DNA from: Albugo candida
Lineage: Eukaryota
Length of the DNA: 64,000 nucleotides
Direction: 5' to 3'
Assembly (NCBI GenBank): GCA_040437565.1
Contig: JBDOQK010000002.1
Coordinates: 186,001 to 250,000 of the forward strand
This document shows, in pieces, positions 47,619 to 59,957 of this stretch. The notes under the pieces were generated by a model. That model did no database searches, had not been told where the DNA came from, and was given only the letters and a program-made list of their open reading frames with translations. Each line of letters opens with the position of its first letter. Position 1 is the first letter of the stretch. The position numbers and the translations under genes are program-made.

Positions 47619-50600
47619 TTAGGAAAGATTACTTCCGCCAGTTTGCGGTGGACATCGATACTCCTCAGGAAGTAACGAGCGCTGTATAGCATTGAACGCA
47701 TACATTCTTCTTCCCGTATTTTTCCAACAGTTTTCAATCCGCACGCCTTCCGATCGCATAACCGCCACAATCTCTGCCTTTTTAGTTTCAGGCAGATTAT
47801 GATTCGTGACCAAAATACGTCCTTGCTCCAACGTTACAGACATTCCCGTCCGGTCTTTCGCGCTCTTGCAGCACGTCACTCTTCCACCGCCTATTAATCG
47901 AACTAAATCAGAGCTCAGTTGTAATATTTCCGGTCGTTTCTTGCGCGTTTGATGTGACAAACAGATCAGATTTTCCAATTGCGCTAATGTTTTCTCAATC
48001 AGTTCACGACTTGGCATACCGTCAACGGCGTTGACATTCACACCGCTTTGTGTGCGCGCAGAAAAGCTGCTATATCGCTCACAATACGACCGCAAAGAGC
48101 GCAAACTCGCAGTATTGATAACATCCTGAAGCTGTCGTGTGGATGGCTTTGTGCTGTTTGCAATGGTCTGTTTCTCATTAATCCCTTGGGAGAAAAGCAC
48201 AGGGCACACTCGTATCATTGCTCCGTCACACAGCGAGCGACCTAGTGGAACGTGAGTCGTCCGCAATGTGACTCGGATCACGAGATGCGTATACCGAAAA
48301 ATCCGATGGAAGAGCTGGTTCCATATCTGAGACATTGGAATGCATCCGAAATCGCCTTCTTCCCGAGCGCGTGGTCCAATTCTCAGCTGTTTACTTTTGC
48401 GGAAAATGGAATGGAGTAGCTTTTGGCCGCTTGAGAGCATCGACGTCGCACGATCCATACCGGAAAACTCGACTGTGCGATTATTACAGCGAGATTGGCT
48501 TCCGCTATGGCTGCTATCATCACTGCTGCAGCTATGCCGGTTTTCATTTGGAGTCTGCCAGAACGGATGATTTGGATACTTTTTCAGAGCTTTTTCGATA
48601 CTGCTGAAAACGTCCACGCGAGTGACTCCAGCTTGGTCGTAGAAATTGTTCAGCACGGATGAGCAAGTATCGGTGTTGATGTCAGTATTTCCGGAATAGA
48701 ATGTGGCTTCCGAATCTGGATGGAAACTATGGCGACTATCGCTTGTGGTGGCGGTGTTGGAAACCGAAGTTGTGGCAGTGGTAGCGGCATTCGTGCTCGT
48801 TGTGCTTACAGCTGGTGCGACTTCACACGAGTTCGAAGTTTGCATGTTCAGTGGTCGATCGTGATGGGATGGCGGTACATTGCGATGGTCCGGGTTCTTG
48901 GGAACTTCATGCTGTTCTTCAACAAGGATGAATTGGACATTACGAAGCTCGTTCACAGCTGCTGCCATATCTTCAAGCATCCCTGCTTCATTCCCGTGTG
49001 TAGAAAGCAAACTCTCTACATCAAAGAGAAAGCCAACCTTTTCGAATTGATCCAGCATTCGTCTTCCGATGGATTGCGTCGATACTTGAACAGCAAAATC
49101 CAGTTTTCTCGTAAAGGCGGTTACAAGAGCAGCGATAGCTTGTGGGAAACAAACATCCATCCGTTTTTGAATTTCCCATTCCAAATCTTCAGCTTTCTGT
49201 TGCGATTCCGTCCAAAGCGGATCTTGACGTGTGTTTTGACAATGATCATCAAATTCTCTTCCCTGCATTTTCGTCCGTTGTTCTTGCAAGCCAAGAATGC
49301 CTCCTCCACGGAATTTGTACACATGTGCGGCCATAGCGCCCACCGTCACCGTATCGTACACAGCCGATCGCTCGACTGTACTCGGCTTGGATCGATCGTC
49401 TCCAGCGGCATTTTGGCTGATACACGATGACTGTGAAGCAATTTGCCGGGATTTCGCCAGCGAATCGACTTTGGCGACCCACATTTCATGTAAATGAAGG
49501 TTTACCGGCAAAAAACGAAGTGTGGCATTCTTCTTTAGGGTGCTCGGTTTGAAGTACTGCTGGTTCTCATCTCTCCGTTTGTACACCTTACGCAATTGGT
49601 ACAGCAGCTTCACGTACTGTTTGCGTGCATCCAGCCTCCGTGAGAGCCATTCCCGGCAGCGTGTCAGATCACCATCATTCTGGATCTGCTCAATGAGGTT
49701 TTCGTAGATATTGCGACTTGAAGTTTTGGCACGAACACGATCGTAGCTGTCGACTCGACTGAGGTCCTGTTGTGCCTGCAGTAGACATTTAGCTCGATGA
49801 TGGACAATGATCTCAACGACCTGGCGCGGAATCAAATTGTTGAAGCGACCTTCAGTCAGATCCTCAACCACAAGCAATCCTTGCTCTCGAATGTGATACT
49901 GGCTACTGATCGATTGCGATAGCGGCATTCCATTCACAGCATTCGCTGCAGCCTGGACGCCCCCTGCTTGACTGAAACGAGGCATCACAGGATGAATGAG
50001 CAATTTTGGCGGTGTTGCGACAACGCTGGATTCTCGTATCGTACGGAAAGATTGCTCGGCTGCAATAAGTGACATTTGTTCTCCTCGTGAGCCGTATTCT
50101 ACAAGCCGATCCATGGAAACCCCAAATTCAGCGACAACGGTCCATTGCGACGCGAGCGCTGGCCTTTCTTCCTGAACAACCTCATCATCCTCATAATCTG
50201 ATTCATCCTCAAATAAATCCTCAACGGCCTGTGAGCCAAATTCGTCTTCTGTCTCATCAGGAATCCCACCGCCAGTCGCTGTGAATTGGCGCCAAAGTTC
50301 TGCTTGTTCGAGTGCGTTGTTAGTACTTTGGTCGATACTGGAAGAATGGAGTCGAGCGATGACAGCCTCAGCGGTGATGACTGATGGATCCCGTCGATCC
50401 ATTGCTGACAAAAGCTCTTTGACCGAATACACAACGAGCCGAAGCTTCTCTTCAGCGAGGAACCCGAGTGGAATCCGAGGAACTGACATGAACGAGTATA
50501 CCTGTCGTCCCAAAGGCCCAACGACCGCTATATTGCTGGAATGCACAGTGTCTGTGTTGCTGATCTGTTTCCATATGTATCGATTCGTATCGGCATTCCA

Positions 50601-53465
50601 TTCGAGGCGCTGGATACCGATATAACATCCTTGCTCAAAGACTTCATTGATTTCTAGAATGAGCGACAGGCTGATGTAATGCGTGACTTCTGCTCCATTT
50701 TGCTCCTGGACGATAATGGATCCTTTGTCGTCATACGTATGGATGGATGCTGCGCGTTGGCTCTGACGTTGAAGCATCGAGACACTTGCACGAACCTCAT
50801 TTTCTTTGATGAGCGCATCGACCAATTTGGAAGTATCTCCCTCGCTCCATGAAGAAGACGCAAATGAACAGCTCGGGGTTGCCACTTGTTCGTATTGTCC
50901 ATCCGACATTTCCGATTGAGAATCTGTGAATCGAGACTCATTTGGGACTTCTCGAAGCGATTTTGCGGTGGAATTCCATTGCAGAAACACGAGACAGCAA
51001 GGCGGAATCGAGTATGGAAGCCACACAGTGAAGATGTAGTACCAGGGATACGGGATCGGATCTTTGCTTAAAAGTTGGACAATCCACGAGAGAAGATAAA
51101 TTAGTGTGACGACGCCAATGAGAGCGTAATAGAGCCGAAGAGCTTTCCGGAGCACCAATTCATGAAGCCCCGTCATCTGACCAAGTAATGAGCGCCCTCT
51201 ACGCATTACCATGACACCTAACGCCATGACGACAACTGTCAGCGCCAGAAACACTGCGTACGTGATAGTTGTGGACACGAGAAAAATCTGCTCTTGATCA
51301 TTGACGTAACAGCTCCAAAGATATCGAGGTAGATCGGAAAATGCGCTGGAAAGAAGCTGAGCATCGTCTCCTTTGCACTGCAAATTCATTAATGAGGAAG
51401 GATCTTCTTCGTAAGCGTACACGCGGTCGATGAGGTCAATGTGAGCGAGCAGAAAAACCAATTGGAAGCCGTAAAAGGCCGCGTTTAGCAGCACAAACGC
51501 GAAGCATACTTTTTTTTTCGGTAATTTTCGAAGACGAAGACTCAAGACTGTTCCCCAATGAAACGATACGGCCAGCAGCATTGTGAATGTAAAGCACAGC
51601 TGTACACGCGATATGTAGAAATACGCACTTGAGCGCATAATGGTCCAAAATATATTGTTCACAATGGCAGTGGATAGCTCCAAAACAGTGCAAACAGCTG
51701 TGATATCTGTCCAAATAGAGCCCAATGAGAATGAAAGTCCATTGGATCGGATGACAGCACTGCAGAAGAGCAACGAGCCGACAAGAACGACAATCGATAC
51801 GTAGCTGTACGAGCTTGCACTCGCTCCAGTCATTGAATCAACCGAGATGGAAGAGATCGTACCGTCCACTACGAGGTTGTCATTGGGATCATAAACGCCC
51901 AACATGATCTGATTCAGACCCGTGTATGATACCGAAGGATTCTGGACTTGGCTCACACTCAATAGGACCCAGCCTTTCTCGATCGCCTGTGCGACTTTGA
52001 GCTGCCATTGACCTGTAGAAGCTGTATGACGAGTGTGCAGAATCGGAGAAACATTCGCTTCTCCATAGACGGAAGCGTTTGTGTCGGTTGGTACATTGGG
52101 TACATCAGTGCCAGGGGACTCCATGGAAGACGTCAACATCCGATTTGTGGTGTTGGTACCATTTATAGAGGGATCGACCCGTGTGGCGTCCCATCCTGTC
52201 TCAATGTACCACGTTTCGGATCCTGTGAATGTCCATCGTCGATCGAATGTGATAGATATCGTGCTTTTTGCTGGTATTCTCGCATTTGAATAAAAGGATA
52301 ACGATGCATTTCCTGCATTACCGGGATATATATTTTCTGGGACAAAAGATGCGCTTGAGATGGAAGCGGCTTCGAGAGGAGATACGCGAAGGAACGAAGA
52401 GAATACGCCGCCATTTTCATCATCAAATATGTAATGGATTGGCGTGAGATTGGAATCGGTCGTGTAGATGAGGGTGGGACGATCGCCATCTTGTAAAGTA
52501 CGCAGTTGGGACGCATTGAGTCCTGTTGGCGTATTCACATGATCAAAAGTAAGACGCAATGGGTCGTATGTTAATTGGTGCTTTGATGGGACGTTGATGG
52601 TCAAATACGCACGCGTGACACCTGTACCACTACTATTGGAGTATAAGGAAACAAAACAAATTGTTTTAATCAAGCTTGGATTGGACGAGTCTGGGGCATT
52701 TGTCGTTACTGTATCGTTTTGGTACAATTCCACACTGCAATAGGGATTCGTGGTTGAGAAATTGTATCCAATTGGACTTGCAATCATAATCTGCTTCAAT
52801 CGTTTGGACGGATTGTCGCCGTAGAAAGAGCTCACAAAATCGTCACGTTTTATTATGACCGAGAATGTCGCATTGATTTGGCCAGGATATGCTGAAGAGA
52901 CGCCTTTCCAAACATTCGTTCGCAATACGGCTTCGTGACAGCATGGGTCACTACACTCAAAGTTGGCTAATTCTGTGTACGACCAGGTGGTACTTCCACT
53001 GCAGAACGATTGTTTAGACGAGTTGAATCGACAAGATGGAAAGTTCATGCACGGAAACCACGTCTGATGGTTTTGCGCTTGTCGTCCACCATACGTGCAG
53101 CATGGTAGTCCACTACATTCTCCATTCGGAGTGTTGAACAAATTGGAACTTGTTGGTACGCAACACGACGGGACCAAAGCTTTGTCGACGGATACAGCGT
53201 CCCCTACTTGACAACATCTGGAACAATCATCGTTTTGGTACGACAGTGGAAATGGGTTCGTGGTGCCGGTTTCCGGACCGTTATCCCACGTACCATCAGC
53301 GCTCAAGTCTTGACTCGTCACAGCCGATGGAATTACAATAATCAGACTAATATATGTCCATATCCTTGCGAATCGAATCAACGGAAACTGTTTTCGGTTA
53401 GAGATGCACACTCGGGTCCTAATGCAAGATCGTTTCTTAGGGGACACTATAAGTTCAGGCAACAT
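47619..53465 (-). CDS. 7TM GPCR-like receptor with Cys-rich ectodomain fused to a type I/II inositol polyphosphate 4-phosphatase (GPCR-INPP)
   Basis: N-terminal hydrophobic segment WTYISLIIVIPSAVTS, Cys-rich and N-glycosylation-rich ectodomain, seven hydrophobic helices (about 50985-51810), and INPP4 motifs LRFLPVNLH, TVGAMAAH, VESLLSTHGNEAGMLED, LFSQGINEKQT and catalytic CX5R CKSAKDRT. The true start is uncertain; first in-frame ATG at 53465. Confidence 0.88.
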   Translation of the reverse strand: MLPELIVSPKKRSCIRTRVCISNRKQFPLIRFARIWTYISLIIVIPSAVTSQDLSADGTWDNGPETGTTNPFPLSYQNDDCSRCCQVGDAVSVDKALVPSCCVPTSSNLFNTPNGECSGLPCCTYGGRQAQNHQTWFPCMNFPSCRFNSSKQSFCSGSTTWSYTELANFECSDPCCHEAVLRTNVWKGVSSAYPGQINATFSVIIKRDDFVSSFYGDNPSKRLKQIMIASPIGYNFSTTNPYCSVELYQNDTVTTNAPDSSNPSLIKTICFVSLYSNSSGTGVTRAYLTINVPSKHQLTYDPLRLTFDHVNTPTGLNASQLRTLQDGDRPTLIYTTDSNLTPIHYIFDDENGGVFSSFLRVSPLEAASISSASFVPENIYPGNAGNASLSFYSNARIPAKSTISITFDRRWTFTGSETWYIETGWDATRVDPSINGTNTTNRMLTSSMESPGTDVPNVPTDTNASVYGEANVSPILHTRHTASTGQWQLKVAQAIEKGWVLLSVSQVQNPSVSYTGLNQIMLGVYDPNDNLVVDGTISSISVDSMTGASASSYSYVSIVVLVGSLLFCSAVIRSNGLSFSLGSIWTDITAVCTVLELSTAIVNNIFWTIMRSSAYFYISRVQLCFTFTMLLAVSFHWGTVLSLRLRKLPKKKVCFAFVLLNAAFYGFQLVFLLAHIDLIDRVYAYEEDPSSLMNLQCKGDDAQLLSSAFSDLPRYLWSCYVNDQEQIFLVSTTITYAVFLALTVVVMALGVMVMRRGRSLLGQMTGLHELVLRKALRLYYALIGVVTLIYLLSWIVQLLSKDPIPYPWYYIFTVWLPYSIPPCCLVFLQWNSTAKSLREVPNESRFTDSQSEMSDGQYEQVATPSCSFASSSWSEGDTSKLVDALIKENEVRASVSMLQRQSQRAASIHTYDDKGSIIVQEQNGAEVTHYISLSLILEINEVFEQGCYIGIQRLEWNADTNRYIWKQISNTDTVHSSNIAVVGPLGRQVYSFMSVPRIPLGFLAEEKLRLVVYSVKELLSAMDRRDPSVITAEAVIARLHSSSIDQSTNNALEQAELWRQFTATGGGIPDETEDEFGSQAVEDLFEDESDYEDDEVVQEERPALASQWTVVAEFGVSMDRLVEYGSRGEQMSLIAAEQSFRTIRESSVVATPPKLLIHPVMPRFSQAGGVQAAANAVNGMPLSQSISSQYHIREQGLLVVEDLTEGRFNNLIPRQVVEIIVHHRAKCLLQAQQDLSRVDSYDRVRAKTSSRNIYENLIEQIQNDGDLTRCREWLSRRLDARKQYVKLLYQLRKVYKRRDENQQYFKPSTLKKNATLRFLPVNLHLHEMWVAKVDSLAKSRQIASQSSCISQNAAGDDRSKPSTVERSAVYDTVTVGAMAAHVYKFRGGGILGLQEQRTKMQGREFDDHCQNTRQDPLWTESQQKAEDLEWEIQKRMDVCFPQAIAALVTAFTRKLDFAVQVSTQSIGRRMLDQFEKVGFLFDVESLLSTHGNEAGMLEDMAAAVNELRNVQFILVEEQHEVPKNPDHRNVPPSHHDRPLNMQTSNSCEVAPAVSTTSTNAATTATTSVSNTATTSDSRHSFHPDSEATFYSGNTDINTDTCSSVLNNFYDQAGVTRVDVFSSIEKALKKYPNHPFWQTPNENRHSCSSDDSSHSGSQSRCNNRTVEFSGMDRATSMLSSGQKLLHSIFRKSKQLRIGPRAREEGDFGCIPMSQIWNQLFHRIFRYTHLVIRVTLRTTHVPLGRSLCDGAMIRVCPVLFSQGINEKQTIANSTKPSTRQLQDVINTASLRSLRSYCERYSSFSARTQSGVNVNAVDGMPSRELIEKTLAQLENLICLSHQTRKKRPEILQLSSDLVRLIGGGRVTCCKSAKDRTGMSVTLEQGRILVTNHNLPETKKAEIVAVMRSEGVRIENCWKNTGRRMYAFNAIQRSLLPEEYRCPPQTGGSNLS

Positions 53466-53936
53466 GTCATGTGTGTGACATTTTTCTGAATACCGACTCG
53501 CGCGCATTGTAAAGTGTACCACGTCTCGTCGGTGCTACGGCGATATCCGGTGCTGGATCGCAAAATGATAAATCGGAGCAGCAGAAGTCTTCTATGATGT
53601 ACTATGTCGATACGAATATTATACGACAAACAGTTGCACGTGTCGAGCTCACCAATGCACGTCGCACGACAAGATTGCTTCGAGAGAATGGAATTTGGGC
53701 ACAAACGAGGTGTTAGTAGCGTTCTAGTTTGGCTTTGCTTCGAGAAATGACCAATCATATTGCATTACAGAAAGTTCAGGGATTTCCCATGAACCCTAGT
53801 GGCACCGTAGTAATGTCATTTAAAATTATCAGATTGCCAAGTCGACGATAACAGTTAAAACATTCACCTTTATTGCTTACTTGCGGTGTATTCGAATGGT
53901 TAATAGCGTAAAAGTAGATCGGATACGGGCTTTCCC

Positions 53937-53960
53937 AGATGACCAGATGACCAGATGACC
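53937..53960 (+). repeat. Short tandem repeat (CAGATGAC)x3 in the divergent intergenic region
   Basis: CAGATGAC CAGATGAC CAGATGAC seen directly. The second copy near 54311 is the gap-flank duplication. Confidence 0.6.
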
Positions 53961-54606
53961 TCATAAATGCTCTCTACAAATCCAAGCACAACAGCGCGCT
54001 GCATTACAACGGACAAGAGTGGTTTTTATTGAGCTTCATAGCTACAGGGTCGCCGTCATCAGCCACTCAAAAGCGTCCGAAATTTGCTCACTTCGAAGTC
54101 ATATGTACCGTAGGAAACAACCGTTCCTATTTGTGCATTTAGTATGTCCTTTATCGTATCATAACAAGCACTAGTGTCTGTAAGCTAGTAAACTGATTNN
54201 NNNNNNNNNNNNNNNNNNNNNNNNNNNNNNNNNNNNNNNNNNNNNNNNNNNNNNNNNNNNNNNNNNNNNNNNNNNNNNNNNNNNNNNNNNNNNNNNNNTA
54301 CGGGCTTTCCCAGATGACCAGATGACCAGATGACCTCATAAATGCTCTCTACAAATCCAAGCACAACAGCGCGCTGCATTACAACGGACAAGAGTGGTTT
54401 TTATTGAGCTTCATAGCTACAGGGTCGCCGTCATCAGCCACTCAAAAGCGTCCGAAATTTGCTCACTTCGAAGTCATATGTACCGTAGGAAACAACCGTT
54501 CCTATTTGTGCATTTAGTATGTCCTTTATCGTATCATAACAAGCACTAGTGTCTGTAAGCTAGTAAACTGATTATTGACAAATCAGATAGAAATCCGTGG
54601 AAACTA

Positions 54607-56098
54607 ATGAAAAGTGTTGGGTCCATTCTTGAGCCGCTCACCCTCATCCATTTGTGTCTACTGTATGCGACTGCGGATCATTGGGCAGTCATTGTTGTCG
54701 GATCGAGAGGATACTGGAATTACCGCCATCAATCAGACGCATGTCACGCTTACCATGTTGTTCACGATCACGGTATTCCGAAAAAGAATATAATCCTGAT
54801 GATGTACAATGACGTGGCACACGATTCTAAAAATCCATTGCCTGGTACACTGTATAACCGCCCTACTCTTTCGCGCTCGACGGGTCAAGTTACCGAACCC
54901 AAAAATGTATATGACGGATGTCATGTAGAATACGCCGGTGATGCGGTCACACCTCAAAATTTCATGAATGTATTGCTTGGTAATAAAACGGCATCAAACG
55001 GAAAACGGGTTTTGGAAAGTACCAAAACGGATCGAGTTTTCATCAATTTTGTGGATCATGGGGCAAATGGGTACATTGTATTCCCAGGTACAAAAAAACT
55101 TACTGCACGACAATTGCACAGTACACTATTGCAAATGTACACCGAGAATAGATACAAAGAAGTTGTACTCTATATGGAAGGTAAGACACTACCTTTTCTA
55201 TAAAGTACGCTGCTTACTGATGGAATAATATGCAGCGTGTCATTCCGGCTCTATGTTTATAAATCGACTGCCCAGAAAATATAACATTTTCGTCACAACT
55301 GCTGCCAATCGACACGAATCTTCGTGGGCAACATACTGCCCGCCTTACGACAAAGCCTACAATCACTCTATAGGTTCGTGTTTGGGCGATTTATACTCCG
55401 TGAATTGGATGGACGATAGTGATTTGGCAGATCTCTCTACTGAAACTTTGGCGCAGCAGCATGAGAAAGTCAAGCGAGAGACGACAAAGAGCCACGTGAA
55501 GAGGTTCGGATCACAAACCGTTGAAAACGAGATTGTCGGTAATTTTCAGTCAGTCGATGACATTTCAGTTATAGAAGCAACCGCGCGCAATGCAAGCGAC
55601 AAAGTCATTACGCCGATAAGCGCGCAAGATTTAAAAGTAATAAGTGCCGTAGAGACGTACGATGTCGAATTGATTGGGAAGTTTTATCGGTACCTTCGCT
55701 CAGAATCGGCATCTGATCGTACGCGCTCTGTTTATGACTTGATGGAGGAGCTAAGAGAAAGAATCCGAGCCGATGAAGTCTTTGACCGGTTGAATACCGT
55801 TGCCAGAAATGTAGTGGACAGAGTACAAGGGTCAGATTCTGGCTGGGAGTGTTATGAGAGGGCTTTGAAGATGTTCGATGTTAGTTGTGCGGGGCTGGGA
55901 GATACTGAATTGGGTGGTGCATTCACTTCCTACAGTCTCAAGTATACGGAAACTTTTGCTGCGCTTTGTGCCTCCTATAAGAATCACTCGGCTGGCGTAG
56001 AAAGGAAAATGGAGCAGGTTTGTTTGGAATTACAAAAAGATGAAAGCTTCTTTAAAGGAGTAAACGATCGTCATAGTGGAAAGGTCGATTTGAGCTGA
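54607..56098 (+). CDS. Legumain / asparaginyl endopeptidase (peptidase C13)
   Basis: Signal peptide, HWAVIVVGSRGYWNYRHQSD, catalytic DHG and E|ACHSGSM across intron 55181-55235, SSWATYC, CLGDLYSVNW and a C-terminal prodomain. Confidence 0.95.
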
Positions 56099-56595
56099 CA
56101 AACAGTCAGCCTCATCTGCGTTGTACATGTTTTAATTGCCATACTCTAATTTTGTCAATTCAGATTGTTTTTTTCCTTTGCAACTTTATGATAGCGACTT
56201 TTCAAGTGAATTACACGATACGAAACATTCAAGCGACAAAGAAAATCCAACGAGTTGTGTTGCTCAGACGTCCAATGAAACATCGAACCATGAAAAAAGT
56301 CTTTGATCAAGTGACGAATAATGCTTCTGCATTCTAAATTCAAGTTTGTGTTGTCACGGAAGGGTAAGATACCGTTTGGCAAATTTCGGGATTTATTACG
56401 TCCGCTTGTTCGCCTCTGAATAACAACTCACGTTGTTAACACTCCTAATAAAAATAAATACAATGGGAATTAGAACGACTCTATAGCTACCTGCAAGAGC
56501 TTTAGTTTGATTGTCGTCACATGCATTGATATCAGGTAATACGCCCATGTGACAGCTCGAGCTGGTTGGTAAGTGTTTTGCTGCGGTTGTGATCC

Positions 56596-57373
56596 CTAAA
56601 GTCCAAACTTGAGACATCCTGTTTTCTTATGTTGGTCCCCACATTTGATTCTGCAAAATCGAGAGCCGCATCGAGTGCACGAATAGGAAGCAAAATACCC
56701 ACAAATGCAGCAAAAGTGTCTCGCAGGAGTGGTGGACGGTTTCGCCGCCGCCGTCAGGTAATTGGGAGCAGAGGACCATATTGATTTATAACGCTCGTTT
56801 GACTGATCTGCAGACGATTTTCGGCTTAAGGAAGCAAGAAATGAGGCTTCTGAATGCCCAAACTCTTCAAATACAAGTTGAGCAAGCCGCTTAGCTGGGT
56901 ATCTCGCTTTCAACAATTTCTCGATTTTATCACGAGGTTTCTTAGAGACTCGTGGTGAGTTGTTTTTGGGTACAGCCTATTCAACATATTGAATTATGTG
57001 AGCCATTGGTTATACAGTTTGATTATATGATTTACTTTTACTTTCTCATCGATGTACAATTCATCTTTCAAATCCGCTTGATCGGTGATGCAATCCGCTT
57101 CATCAATTCCATAATTGTCTGCTTCTAACGATTCTAATCGCGCATTCCGAACGATCGCGCGTGTTTCCTCGTCAACATGCTTCATTGTTTTACTTAGCTT
57201 CGTGGTGCGCCCTGACGCAAAGAGCTATGATAAAACATATCGGAATCAGTCGTACATGCAAACGTACCAGAATACCGTTTTTGGGCGCTCAAAGCTGCTG
57301 CAGGTGCATTTTTAAATGCTTGTGCTGCAATCGTCTCGTTCCATCGCCGTTTGCCATCATGAAATTTGCCCAT
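56596..57373 (-). CDS. SWC6: SWR1 complex subunit SWC6/VPS71 (ZNHIT1-like HIT zinc finger)
   Basis: RLESLEADNY, PNYLTAAAKPS..PARHFCCICGYFASYSCTRCGSRFCRIKCGDQHKKTGCLK. Two introns; start codon approximate. Confidence 0.88.
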
Positions 57374-58210
57374 AATCAAGCGGATATTTTGTCCAATACA
57401 AAAGGTGCTTACCAGACTTCTCATTCAAGTTGATGCCATAGGATCCACCATATGTGATAAATGGCGTTGTCCACGCAAATTATGGTGAAATGCAGTACTT
57501 CTAGCTATCTTATCAAAGTAACAGCTTTCCGAGTATTTCTCACACGAGAGACTATACACTTTAATATGTAGGAGCCTTCTCATTATTGCAGCTCAAGCCA
57601 GGATGATTCAAAAACCTCGGGCGCTACACATCAAGATTGCACTCGTACAAGCGGCTGCCTGACTTTTAAATCGAGTGAGTTGCTTTGTTTTGTACATCAG
57701 ATTCCGTTTTCTATGTATTTCACAACTTTTGTTGTTATCAAAATATTTGAAAGCAGACAGAGACCACCATTGTGCACTGAATAAATTTCTCATAGAGCAA
57801 ACAGTATTCCAATTCGTTTTGTATGCGTCCGTAACCCGTTGAATTGACCCTTATGGCTGTCAGATTGCTGCAAATCTTTTTGATTTGATGATTTGTTGTT
57901 CAATGTATCAATAATTATACAGGCAGTGACTCTGTGAACCATTTTTTGAGATGAAGCAAACCCTGGCTTCTTAAGACGATCGTATACAATTACTCAATTC
58001 TAATGTCCCGCACTGTGCGCACACAAATGCTGAATCGACGCGTTGCCCTTTGAATATGCACTTTTGGAGTTTTTTAATACACACGTTCCGAGTTCCATCC
58101 ATAAATATATTATTATCATACTCTTTCGCATCAGTGTTCATAATCGCTGACGTCTATTACTGACATATCCGCTTACCTGCCCACTTGGCACCATATAACC
58201 GTTATTCCAC

Positions 58211-59879
58211 ATGGAGTTTTATGCCGTTAAACAATCGACTTTTCTTGGTGCGTCGGTGCATTATGTATGCCAGAATGTCAATGGTCCATGTCCGCTTTTG
58301 GCGATATGTAACGTACTAATACTGCGGAGACATTTGAACATCCAGCCATACATAAAGAACCAGCAAATCTCGTCGGATAACTTGATACAAGCTGTGAAAG
58401 AACGTCTGATTGCCTCCAACCAACCAGTAGGTCTCTCACTCGTATCCTCATTCAATACTGATTCTGTACACAACTGAAAGGCAGCAGAAAAAGATGAGCT
58501 TACCCGCCTAACAAAGGAGAAAATAATTCAGGATGTGATTCACTTACTGCCCAGCTTACTCGTTGGCCTCGATGTCAATGTTCGATTTCAGAGGTACTCA
58601 ATGCATGGTATACATCCTCCCTCACTCTGATCGTATACGTGAGGTAGCACCACCGACTTTGAGTACACTGTTGCTTGCGCAGTCTTTGATATGCTCGACA
58701 TCTCCCTTCTGCATGGATGGATCGTCGATGATCAGGATATTCTCACCGTACGGCTCTCACTGATTCTCTATCGATGAAACCTCATCATTGAGGCTCTTGT
58801 AGATGAGTGTGATAGGCCACAAGTCATACAATGAGCTGATTGAGATTTTGGCTAATTTTCGAGCCAGTCTTATGAACGAGCAAACGTCAAACATGAGCAC
58901 AGAAACAGCTGAGAGTCTGCAGGGTGAAGATCCGGATAGAAATCGGGCAGTAAAAGTAGAGTTAGAAACTGAAGATGCGCGACAAAGTTGTTGTCGAGAG
59001 TCTCTGCAAGCTTTGGTCGATGAAGCAGGCACAATGAGCTTGGATGAAGTAAAAAAAGCTACCGAGTTACAAGAGCAAGGTCCTATTTTGGAGGAATTCT
59101 TTAATGCTTCAGGCAGTCAATTGACATATTTTGGTCTCATCAAGCTTCACGAAGATGTGCGAGAACGGCAATTGTGTGTATTTTTTCGAAACAATCACTT
59201 TTCCACGCTGTTTAAATATAAAGGCTCCCTCTACTTACTGGTCACCGACACGGGATACCTGGATGAGCCGACGGTGGTCTGGGAACACTTGACCGAGATT
59301 GACGGCGATACTGAGTATTATAACGCAGAATTTAAACCGCTCAACACTACAGAAACAAAACAGCAGACAATTATCAGTCAGCAAGAGCAACAGAGTCACA
59401 TACCAAAAACAACCTCAACGCAACAGCAATTACAGAACGATGGGACGGACGTCACAGACGCGGATTACCTTTTGGCTCTGAAGCTACAGAAAGAAGAGGA
59501 AGCACTCGCTGAAAATGGACGACCAGCTCCGATTACAGAACGTGTAATTCCCACCGAGTCAGATCACGTCGGCTCGCAAAGACTCTTTGCTTCAGCCAAT
59601 TCAGCAACTTTCACTGTAACTTCAGGTCAGCGTACAGCTCCACAGGGCTCGTCAACATCTCCGAATGCTCGTCCAGACACCAGGGATTTCGTATGTGACT
59701 CGGATGGTCGCGTCATACTCTCAGAGGAAGAGGTCGAAGCACAACGTAAAGCTGAGACGTATTTCAAACAGCAAAAAGAAAAACAGGATCGAACATCGTA
59801 TTTGGAGAGAATTACAAACACTGCAAGACGTACGAGTGCACGCAGAGCTGATAAGCAAAACGATTGCTCCATGATGTGA
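58211..59879 (+). CDS. MINDY-1/2 family K48 deubiquitinase (FAM63-like)
   Basis: Catalytic QNVNGPCPLLAICNVL, GLDVNVRF, LHGWIVD, FFRNNHFSTL, MIU motif DADYLLALKLQKEE and C-terminal CaaX (CSMM). Three introns. Confidence 0.92.
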
Positions 59880-59957
59880 CGATCATCTGCCTATAAATAT
59901 ACAAAATATCTATGCATTTTCTCATACAAACTCGACTTGGCACACCTCCCACGATCA

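Noticed and set aside
48720-49430. 236-aa antisense ORF inside the GPCR-INPP gene, and similar shadow ORFs in the kinesin and kinase genes
   Set aside because: Shadow frames of long coding regions with no recognisable motifs.
53924-54573. Apparent 275-bp direct repeat (LTR-like)
   Set aside because: Identical-looking sequence on each side of a 100-N gap, with no TG..CA ends or retroelement coding.
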